Below, piece after piece: positions 31,641 to 39,754 of a stretch of 64,000 nt of DNA (position 1 is its first letter; each line of letters begins with the position of its first letter). A program made the position numbers and the translations under genes. The stretch covers positions 1 to 64,000 of the forward strand of contig CAXXSM010000076.1 of NCBI GenBank assembly GCA_963663405.2, in the 5' to 3' direction. The DNA comes from a bacterium. GTDB lineage: Bacteria; Hinthialibacterota; Hinthialibacteria; Hinthialibacterales; Hinthialibacteraceae. The notes under the pieces are model-generated. The model was given only the letters and a program-made list of their open reading frames with translations. It was not told the origin of the DNA and made no database searches.

Positions 31641-33398
31641 TTGCAATTCAACGTGGCGACAGAAACTCAACAAGTTCTTTCATCCAGTGGAGCCGGCCTT
31701 GAAAACGCCCTTCGTATACTTCACGAAGGGATAACTGCGCTTATTGATCAGTGTGAAGCATCCGGTCAACAGCCTTCCCTCTTTGAAGAGTTAAAAAAAA
31801 GTAATCATTTCGTCAATCGATTGAAAGAATGGGGATTAAAAATACCGGAATCGCGTCTGAAAGATTCCATCCTTTGTTTTTTAAAGCACATCGTTCCTCT
31901 CATTCAGAAAATGACAGCGGAAGGAATGACTATCCCAGACCAGACCGCATTGCGAGAGGGAGAATCTGTTCCCGATTTTTTATTGCAGGCGGCGATGGAT
32001 GTAGGAATCGATCTCAATGTCACCAACGAAAATATGGCCGCGGTGATTCGCATTCCCCAACAAGTTTTCAACTTATGGAATGTGGATCGTGTAAAGGAAT
32101 CACTGAGGCGTCAGGGCATAACGAAAGGGATTCTGGAATCGAATCTACGCCGGATTTTCGAAGAGAAACTGCACGGCCATACGATTCTCGCGGCGAAAGG
32201 TAAAGATCCTGTCGTTGGAAGGAATGGCCGGATTGAAGATAGTCTCAAATTATTCACCCGTTCAAAAAGTAATAAATCGAACTCTGCTAGACACTGTGAT
32301 TTAATTGACCTGAATTTCTTTGAATGCGTCAAAAAAGGCCAAGTGATTCTGCGGAAACATCCTCCCGATGAAGGAGAGAATGGGTGGGATGTTTATGGAA
32401 AGGAAATTCCCTCCATCGCGGGATTAAATACTGAATTACCCTCAATTGAGAACTGCGCCCCCCGTGAGGATGGATCGGAACTGCTGTCTGAAGTCGATGG
32501 CTGCGCTTATGTGGAAGACAACCGGATTGTTATCACACCGGCGTTGACGATCAACGGAAACGTAGATCACTCGACGGGAAATATTGATACGCATTTATCC
32601 GTAATTGTAACCGGCGACGTGATTAGCGGTTTTGAAGTGGATTCCGAAATGGACATCGCTGTCTGTGGGGGGATCGAAGCGGCAAAAGTCAAAGCGGGAG
32701 GCACGTTGTTCTGTCAAGGAGGTATCGACGGGAAAGAGGAAGCCCAAGTTACAGCGGGTAAAAATGTAGAATCCCAGTATATCAATCTAGCCAACGTGAC
32801 AGCGGGCCATTCCATTGTCTCCCAAAACGGCATTGTTCAATCTAATTTGGAAGCGCGGCGGGTGCTATGCGAGGGAAGCAAGGGCCAGATCATGGGAGGA
32901 AAAGTATCGGCCTGGTATGATGTGTACGCGCGTACGATCGGTTCCGAGATGGGGGTGGAAACGGAGATCGTTTTAGGGGAAGAATTGCCCAGCCTGCGAG
33001 AAAAGATCCGCTTCCTCGCTTCTGACTTGGATGGAAAACTCAAGCAGAAGGGAAAACTGAAAAAAGCGCAAAAAGCTTTATTCGCGCAGAAAACAAAACT
33101 GGGAACCTTGCCCCCTCCCCTTCAAGAGAAACTGAAACAAGTGATGGATGCGTTGCGGAAACTGGAACGGCCGCTTAAAAAGTTAAAAGAACAATACAAC
33201 CAAATCGAAAAAGATATAGAACAGAGTGAAACGTCCATCCGGAAGGTGTGCGCCGAAGAGACAATCTATCCCGGCTCTATCATTCGGATTGCTGGAAAAA
33301 CTCTGACGGTTAAAAAAATACTAGGGCCAACAATCGTCTATCTCAAAGGGGGAGAATTGGTCACGGCTCCCATTGAAGAGAATTCAGATAACGAGTAA
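31641..33398 (+). CDS. FapA family (DUF342) protein
   Basis: VKKGQVILRKHPP..GENGWDVYG, GNVDHSTGNID beta-helix repeats, GGKV..IGSEMGVET and IYPGSIIRI. Confidence 0.85.
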   Translation: MQFNVATETQQVLSSSGAGLENALRILHEGITALIDQCEASGQQPSLFEELKKSNHFVNRLKEWGLKIPESRLKDSILCFLKHIVPLIQKMTAEGMTIPDQTALREGESVPDFLLQAAMDVGIDLNVTNENMAAVIRIPQQVFNLWNVDRVKESLRRQGITKGILESNLRRIFEEKLHGHTILAAKGKDPVVGRNGRIEDSLKLFTRSKSNKSNSARHCDLIDLNFFECVKKGQVILRKHPPDEGENGWDVYGKEIPSIAGLNTELPSIENCAPREDGSELLSEVDGCAYVEDNRIVITPALTINGNVDHSTGNIDTHLSVIVTGDVISGFEVDSEMDIAVCGGIEAAKVKAGGTLFCQGGIDGKEEAQVTAGKNVESQYINLANVTAGHSIVSQNGIVQSNLEARRVLCEGSKGQIMGGKVSAWYDVYARTIGSEMGVETEIVLGEELPSLREKIRFLASDLDGKLKQKGKLKKAQKALFAQKTKLGTLPPPLQEKLKQVMDALRKLERPLKKLKEQYNQIEKDIEQSETSIRKVCAEETIYPGSIIRIAGKTLTVKKILGPTIVYLKGGELVTAPIEENSDNE

Positions 33399-33422
33399 GC
33401 AAGAAGGATCATAATTTCTATC

Positions 33423-35153
33423 ATGCTTAGCAGTGAAAACTTTCAACGAGAGATGATGAAGAAAGTCATCGAAGAACGCATCGATGATATCGGCGCGATC
33501 GCGCGGAAACAGCAAATCGACAATTCATTTCGTAATGTGAAACAACAATCCGTTCCCCAAGAAGAACCAGAGGAAGAAAATAATAGATTTGTCCAGACCA
33601 TCCGCGAAGGATCGATGGATAAGATCAAGAACGCCATCCTCGAAGTCCGGCGGGAAATTAAACAACATAAAGACTTGGGAAGGATATCCACATCCGGTTT
33701 ACAAATAGCGAAAAAGTTCCACGAAAGTTCAGAACAGTTTTTGAAAAAAAAACTCTGGCTGGAAGACGCCAAACAAAAAATCGAACAACTATGGCTTTTG
33801 AAAGAATCCGGTAAACAGGATCCTTCCATTGAAAATAAATATAATACACTTGTTAAACAAACGAAAGCCGTCCAGGAAGACACTCTTTCCAATGCGGATA
33901 CCTTAATAAAAGCCTATGAACAACTTGACAACCAAGTCCAACGTGACCGCAAAGCCGAAAAGGGATTGCAAGATACATTCAAGCGATGTTTAGATCATCT
34001 TTCTCAGAAAGATAGGGGAAAACTGGAAATCCTTGTCCGGAAACAGGTCGAAGGGCAAGGAATCGACCGCCGTATCAATGTTTTATCCAAGATGATCGAA
34101 CAACTCTCCGCATCCGTTCCCTCGATTCGCAAGGAAGAAGTCACACGCTTATATCAAGAGGCGAAATCCGCATTCGAGAAAAAATACTACCAGGAAAGCG
34201 CGCAGATTCTCGATAAACTGTTTAAATTTGACCGGAAAAATCTCGGAGGGCACCGGCTGCGCGCGGAAATATATAAGGCGCGGGGCAACCGGATCGCCTT
34301 TTTGTGTGAACTCCGGATGATCGCCGAGATCCCGGACGCGGAAGCGAGGGATTTCACGACGCTGGCGGATGTCTTACTCGAAGATGGGCAAACCGATGAT
34401 CCATTTATGTTATACGAAAAAGCCATCGCCAAGCAACCAAGCCGGGAGAATCTCGAACGACTCGCTGATCTTTCCTGCCAAATGCGGCGTTGGTACCGGG
34501 CCGTGCAGCTCTATCAGCAAATTCTGAAAACTTATCCCGATGACGCTGGTGTGATGCACAAACTTGGCGCCGCTCTCTATGAAGACAATCGAAAAGAAGA
34601 AGGATTTGATATTCTTCGAAACGCCATCCAACTACAAGATAACAACGCCCAATCGCATGTCTGTGTGGGGCGGATGTACCGCCGTTTAAAAGATACCCGG
34701 ATGGCGAGTCAATCGTTCGCCCGCGCCATTGAACTCGAAGAGAACAACGCGGACGCGTATTATTGGCGAAGCGTTGTGCGCTATGACCGGGCCGAGTTTG
34801 AGGAAGCGTTGCAAGAAGCGCAAAAAGCCGAAACTCTGGAAAAGGAGCGGCCCCGGAATGTGCTTCATCTCGCCCGGTGTAAAGCGGCGTGCAATCAACC
34901 GTCTGAAGCCATTGAAATCCTTGAGCCGCTTCTCAAAGACGCGAATCCCGCCGTGGATGTTTTGCTGGCGTATTCCGAGTTTTGTCGTCAGTGCGGAAGG
35001 GTGGAGAAAGCCTTGAAACCATTAGGCGATTTTGTTAAACGGTTTTCCTGGCAACCACAGATCCGGGCGGAATACGCTCTCCTGCTCACCGAAGCGGGTC
35101 GCTTGGAAGAAGCCTCCCAATACCTCAACCCCAATCCCACGAAAAAACGTTAA
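33423..35153 (+). CDS. Tetratricopeptide repeat protein with coiled-coil N-terminus
   Basis: Multiple TPR-like repeats in the C-terminal half (for example AVQLYQQILKTYPDD and FARAIELEENNADAYY). Confidence 0.8.
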   Translation: MLSSENFQREMMKKVIEERIDDIGAIARKQQIDNSFRNVKQQSVPQEEPEEENNRFVQTIREGSMDKIKNAILEVRREIKQHKDLGRISTSGLQIAKKFHESSEQFLKKKLWLEDAKQKIEQLWLLKESGKQDPSIENKYNTLVKQTKAVQEDTLSNADTLIKAYEQLDNQVQRDRKAEKGLQDTFKRCLDHLSQKDRGKLEILVRKQVEGQGIDRRINVLSKMIEQLSASVPSIRKEEVTRLYQEAKSAFEKKYYQESAQILDKLFKFDRKNLGGHRLRAEIYKARGNRIAFLCELRMIAEIPDAEARDFTTLADVLLEDGQTDDPFMLYEKAIAKQPSRENLERLADLSCQMRRWYRAVQLYQQILKTYPDDAGVMHKLGAALYEDNRKEEGFDILRNAIQLQDNNAQSHVCVGRMYRRLKDTRMASQSFARAIELEENNADAYYWRSVVRYDRAEFEEALQEAQKAETLEKERPRNVLHLARCKAACNQPSEAIEILEPLLKDANPAVDVLLAYSEFCRQCGRVEKALKPLGDFVKRFSWQPQIRAEYALLLTEAGRLEEASQYLNPNPTKKR

Positions 35154-35277
35154 AAACATTCATCAAGATTGACCCAGTGTTTACTGTCTTGCGAAAATCT
35201 GTTAAAAAAAGAACATAGGGATATTTCTCAATAATATGGGAAAACCCAGAAAACGAATTACTCATTGGAGGTTTGTT

Positions 35278-36540
35278 ATGATTTCATGTTTGTATCGTGT
35301 ATTGGCTATCTTTTTATTTACACTGATGTCAATTTCACCATTATTGGCTAACGATTTTCAAACTGCCGTTCCTGAAAACCAAGGTTTTTCCGCCGAACGG
35401 TTACAAAGAATCACTCCTGTTATGCAGGATTTTGTTGATCGAGGACTCTTTCCGGGAATGAGTGTCACAGTCGCACGGAATGGCAAAATTGTATTCTCTC
35501 AGCGATATGGATTTATGGATGTTGAAAGTAAAAAGCCTCTCGAAAGCGACGCGATCTTCCGCATTTATTCGATGTCCAAGCCGATTACAGGCGTTGCCGC
35601 GATGATGCTTCTTGAAGAAGGAAAATTTCTGCTGGATGATCCGATTTCAAAATATATCCCTGCGTTTAAAGAGACAAAAGTTTTTGTGAAAGAAGACAAT
35701 GGTGAAATTGAAACGGTTGAAAAAGAGCGTCCAATCACCATACGGCATTTACTTTGTCACGCGTCCGGACTTGGTTATGGTTGGGGAAATGATCCTGTGA
35801 GTTCAATTTACCGGAAAGAGTCCGCCAAATATATGGATAAACCAATAAACCTGGAAATATTCGCAAACGGATTGGCGTCTGTCCCCCTCTATTTTCAGCC
35901 AGGAACCGATTGGCAATATAGTTATTCCATCGATGTCGTGGGACGCTTAATTGAAGTCGTATCAGGGATGACACTGGAAGAGTTCTTCCAAAAAAGGATT
36001 TTTGATCCATTAGAAATGAAAGACACAGGTTTCTATATCACAAATGATAAGTTGCCGCGTCTCACGACACTCTATCGTTATGAACAATCGGATGGATTAG
36101 TTCCCGATCATTCGATATCACGTTATCAAAAAGAGAGCGCTTCGTTTCAGTCGGGTGGTGGTGGATTATTGTCAACAACATCCGATTACCTTCGCTTTTT
36201 ACTAATGCTATCCAACCAAGGGGAATACAAAGGGAAAAGACTGCTTGCGCCTCAAACAATCCGATTGATGGGTTGTAATCACTTACCCGATGGCGTTACA
36301 TTGCCGTGGGGAAAATTGTACGGACATGGCTATGGCTTAAGTGTATCGGTTTTGACCGATTTGTCTAAAAGCCCAACTATGGGATCGGTTGGTGATTTTG
36401 GATGGGATGGCGCCGCGTCAACTTTCATGAGAGTCGATCCCCAAACAGGAATCGCCATTCTTTTAATGACTCACCGGATGCCCTGCGATGACGAGATTCA
36501 ATTGAAACTAAAAAATCTTGTTTACCAAGCGATAGAATAA
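35278..36540 (+). CDS. Serine hydrolase, beta-lactamase class C-like family
   Basis: IFRIYSMSK (SxxK), LLCHASGL, FQPGTDWQYS, GGGGLLST and FGWDGAAST. GGAGG RBS before ATG 35278; signal peptide. Confidence 0.9.
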   Translation: MISCLYRVLAIFLFTLMSISPLLANDFQTAVPENQGFSAERLQRITPVMQDFVDRGLFPGMSVTVARNGKIVFSQRYGFMDVESKKPLESDAIFRIYSMSKPITGVAAMMLLEEGKFLLDDPISKYIPAFKETKVFVKEDNGEIETVEKERPITIRHLLCHASGLGYGWGNDPVSSIYRKESAKYMDKPINLEIFANGLASVPLYFQPGTDWQYSYSIDVVGRLIEVVSGMTLEEFFQKRIFDPLEMKDTGFYITNDKLPRLTTLYRYEQSDGLVPDHSISRYQKESASFQSGGGGLLSTTSDYLRFLLMLSNQGEYKGKRLLAPQTIRLMGCNHLPDGVTLPWGKLYGHGYGLSVSVLTDLSKSPTMGSVGDFGWDGAASTFMRVDPQTGIAILLMTHRMPCDDEIQLKLKNLVYQAIE

Positions 36541-36687
36541 CAACCTATAGTTGTTCTGTCATGACGCCGCTTCTCATTCAAATCACGCTTCAAAAAGTTG
36601 ATCGGGATTGATTATGAACCAACGTGTTTTTCGGGGGGGGGGTAGAGGCGGTTTGTAAAACGCTGGTATACAACGAAACAGGAGAAG

Positions 36688-39480
36688 TTACCGTCTACGC
36701 GAGGTGGAACGTTGTGGAGAGCGGCTTCCTGATGTAGAAACGCGGGGTTGAGCGGCGGACGAACGTGATGGGCTGGAATAAGTGCGGCTGGAGGTTCTAG
36801 GCTGTGAATAGGTTGAACTGCTTCCCCGGTAAGAGGATCGGCTTGTTGTTCTCGGTTGCGAATAACTCGAACTACGTCCCTGGTAGGAGGATTGGCTGGA
36901 GGTTCTCGGCTGTGAATAGGTTGAACTGCTTCCCTGATAAGAGGACCGGTTTGTTGTTCTCGGTTGCGAATAACTCGAATTGCTTCCCCGGTAGGAGGAT
37001 TGACTGGAGGTTCTCGGCTGCGAATACGTTGAACTGCTTCTTTGATAAGTTGACCGGTTGGAAGAAGTCGGTGATGAATACGATGAACTGCTTCCACGAT
37101 AAGAAGCCCGGCTTCGAGAAGCCGGGCTGATTCGTGCTGTTGTATTGCGTGATGCGCTGACTTTAGATGGCGTCGTCGTTTGTGACCGCGTTGTTTCTCG
37201 CTGGATCGAAGTCCGGCTGGGAGCGGCCGGTGCGGTTCGTTTAGTAGCCGTTCGCGGCGCGCTCACTCTTGCTGGTGTTGTCGTTTGTGAGCGCGTAGTC
37301 TCTCGCTGGATCGAAGTCCGGTTGGTAGTAGCCGGTGCGGTACGTTTAGTAGTCGTTCGCGGCGCGCTCACTCTTGCTGGTGTTGTCGTTTGAGTCCGCG
37401 TAGTCTCTCGCTGGATCGAAGTCCGGTTGGTAGTAGCCGGTGCGGTACGTTTAGTAGTCGTTCGCGGCGCGCTGACTCTTGCTGGTGTTGTCGTTTGTGT
37501 CCGCGTAGTCTCTCGCTGGATCGAAGTCCGGTTGGTAGTAGCCGGTGTGGTACGTTTGGTAGCCGTTCGTGGCGCGCTGACTCTTGCTGGTGTTGTCGTT
37601 TGCGCTCGCGTTGTTTCCCGCTTGATCGATGTGCTGTTAGCCGCCGATGGGGTCGTCCGTTTATTTGTCGTCCGCGGCTCGTTTGCTCTCGGTGGTGTTG
37701 TTGTTTTTGTCCGTGTGGTTTCCCGCTGGATCGCTGTCCGGTTCTGTTTCGTCGCTGGAGCGGTTTGAGGATTAGTACGATTTCCTAACCTTGTGCGCGC
37801 ATTCGTTCGCTGCGGCGCCGCGACTTCGCGAGTTTGGGTCCGCGTTGGGCTGAAGCCCTGATTGTTTACTGGCCGTGTCCGAGCTGTTTTAGCGGCGGTT
37901 CTACGAGCGTTTTCCATTGTCGCATTCACACCGCCCCCGCCTGTCTTAACTTGCGGATTCGCAGTTGTCATCGTTCGATCCGTATCGCGCCGGTTCTTCG
38001 TTGTAACCACTCGTCTCGGAGGAAGTTCTGGAAACGCTTTCGCGCCGACGTTGATATGATCGATTCGGTTTTTCTCAAGGGTCGCGCCCATGTTACGTGG
38101 CTGACCGCCATCATGGAAATCCTTCTGGGGAACTACTGTAACCGCATTTGACACGTACTGATTCTGATAGATATGAGTTGAATTGTCCGTAATATAGTTA
38201 TTTGTTATAAACGTATCTCCATGTTGAGGCCGATCACCAGGATGAGGCCGGTGCGTTCGGCGGTCGACATAAATCGACCGTGGATGATACCATCTGTGAT
38301 ACGGATCTCTCGGTCCCAAGGGGAACCATCCGACACAAGGCTGATCGTAGTGCCCGCCACCTAGTGAAAAGTGGAAATATTTCCCATGTTTCGCGTAGGT
38401 GAACGAAACCAGCGCGGGATGCCAGACGGGGCGGTGCCAACCGAATCCAAAATGCCGGTTCCGGCTATGATACGTCATGTAAGCCACATCTGTCGGTATC
38501 CAGCACCAGTGGTGACGGGGATGATAAAACCATCGTCCATAATGATACGGAGCCCATCCCCATGGTTCGTACGAGACCCACGTCCACCCATAAGGCGGAC
38601 GCCAGATCCAGCGACCATCCCGATACGGAGCCCAGTTGGTGACGGTTACATTTACAGTTGGGTTCCAGACGCGGCCGTATTCCTTGGTTTCAACCCATGT
38701 GCCATATTCGTCCAGATCGCGGTATCCTGAGATGCGGGTTGTGACATATTGGGTTGACGTATGTGTGGCCCGCCGGGCGTCGCGGAGATCGCACCAACGA
38801 TCGAATGTATCCTCCGGCGCCGCGTTGTCGATGCGGTGCGTGGTTGGATCTGGTGTCTCGGCGATAAGCCGGTCACCGGTTTTCAACCGGTAGAACTGAT
38901 CCTGACCTTGGTACACTTGGATCTCACCGCGCCGGATAACGACCTCAGTTCCTCCGTTTTCGACAACATTGAATCGGACATTCGCTCGATTTGTGATTCC
39001 CGCCGTAACAGCCTGGGTTTCAATTTCTATGGGCGGTCTCGTTTCATCGATATTCAATGCGTTGATGACCACCGTTCCTTTCACGACAACGAATCGGGTT
39101 AAAGCGTCATCGAGAATCGGGATTTCCACAAACGCGTCTCCTGACAGACGAATAACCGTATCGTCTTCAAGTTGGATCTCCAAGCGTCCATCGGTGTTGG
39201 TATAGAGTTTATCCCCTGCCATCAGGGGGGTGTTGATTGTGACATCGGTCCAATCTTCATCGTTGGTTCGCAGCATGGCCGCGGAGCCTTCTATATACGA
39301 CACTCGCGCCACACGAAGTTCCACTTCAACCTCTTCTGCGGCAAAACTGTAAGAAACGATATTCAACCCTAAAAAAGCGAAAATGGCGAACGTGGTGATG
39401 GTGTGATTTCGCTGTAACGGTTTCATCGTCCTTCTCCTCTCTGTGGAGCGGTTATAAGGCTCCGGAATGGTTCGACTCAA
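36688..39480 (-). CDS. Exported FecR-like/DUF6600 protein with long repetitive Thr/Arg/Ser tail
   Basis: Signal peptide; VARVSYIEG...INTPLMAGD FecR-like start; DLDEYGTW, WAPYRDGRW, PWGWAPYHYGRW, VGWFPLGP. Real start probably near 39426 (MKPLQ). Confidence 0.85.
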   Translation of the reverse strand: MSRTIPEPYNRSTERRRTMKPLQRNHTITTFAIFAFLGLNIVSYSFAAEEVEVELRVARVSYIEGSAAMLRTNDEDWTDVTINTPLMAGDKLYTNTDGRLEIQLEDDTVIRLSGDAFVEIPILDDALTRFVVVKGTVVINALNIDETRPPIEIETQAVTAGITNRANVRFNVVENGGTEVVIRRGEIQVYQGQDQFYRLKTGDRLIAETPDPTTHRIDNAAPEDTFDRWCDLRDARRATHTSTQYVTTRISGYRDLDEYGTWVETKEYGRVWNPTVNVTVTNWAPYRDGRWIWRPPYGWTWVSYEPWGWAPYHYGRWFYHPRHHWCWIPTDVAYMTYHSRNRHFGFGWHRPVWHPALVSFTYAKHGKYFHFSLGGGHYDQPCVGWFPLGPRDPYHRWYHPRSIYVDRRTHRPHPGDRPQHGDTFITNNYITDNSTHIYQNQYVSNAVTVVPQKDFHDGGQPRNMGATLEKNRIDHINVGAKAFPELPPRRVVTTKNRRDTDRTMTTANPQVKTGGGGVNATMENARRTAAKTARTRPVNNQGFSPTRTQTREVAAPQRTNARTRLGNRTNPQTAPATKQNRTAIQRETTRTKTTTPPRANEPRTTNKRTTPSAANSTSIKRETTRAQTTTPARVSAPRTATKRTTPATTNRTSIQRETTRTQTTTPARVSAPRTTTKRTAPATTNRTSIQRETTRTQTTTPARVSAPRTTTKRTAPATTNRTSIQRETTRSQTTTPARVSAPRTATKRTAPAAPSRTSIQRETTRSQTTTPSKVSASRNTTARISPASRSRASYRGSSSSYSSPTSSNRSTYQRSSSTYSQPRTSSQSSYRGSNSSYSQPRTTNRSSYQGSSSTYSQPRTSSQSSYQGRSSSYSQPRTTSRSSYRGSSSTYSQPRTSSRTYSSPSRSSAAQPRVSTSGSRSPQRSTSRRR
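36786..37100 (-). repeat. Intragenic tandem repeat, 54-bp unit with 108-bp higher-order period
   Basis: YSQPRT(S/T)xxSSYxGxSSx units; anchor GGAGGTTCT at 36790, 36898 and 37006. Confidence 0.9.
37150..37760 (-). repeat. Intragenic tandem repeat, 105-bp (35-aa) unit, about 6 copies
   Basis: Anchor TC(T/C)CGCT(G/T)GATCG at 37196, 37301, 37406, 37511, 37616 and 37721; unit TTRTQTTTPARVSAPRTTTKRTAPATTNRTSIQRE. Confidence 0.95.
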
Positions 39481-39754
39481 AAAAATTTATAAAACTCATG
39501 TGAATACGATTTCGTTTGGCTTTTACTCTATATCATCGTTTGGAAATCTCACATAGCTAAAAAACAGATTTTTTTAGATGAAATGGACTTCGGGGAAAAT
39601 AAAATAAATTTATCCTAAACACTGAATTCGTGTGATCTTATCGTTTCGAATCCTTCCCGTCTTCTGGATTTTCAACCTATGTTGTGAAATACTGTGGGAG
39701 GAAAGAGACCGATTTCTATTCGTATTCAATAGGTTTGAAAGTGTGAGAGGAGAG

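Noticed and set aside
35278-36540. Antibiotic-resistance beta-lactamase
   Set aside because: Motifs fit the broad esterase/serine hydrolase group rather than AmpC (no KTG motif).
36633-36642. G10 homopolymer as a phase-variation tract
   Set aside because: It lies between convergent 3' ends, not in a promoter or supported CDS.
36612-37790. Repeats as a CRISPR array, and alternative-frame repeat ORFs
   Set aside because: The units are contiguous in-frame multiples of 3 with no unique spacers and no cas genes; the other-frame ORFs are shadows of the repeat.
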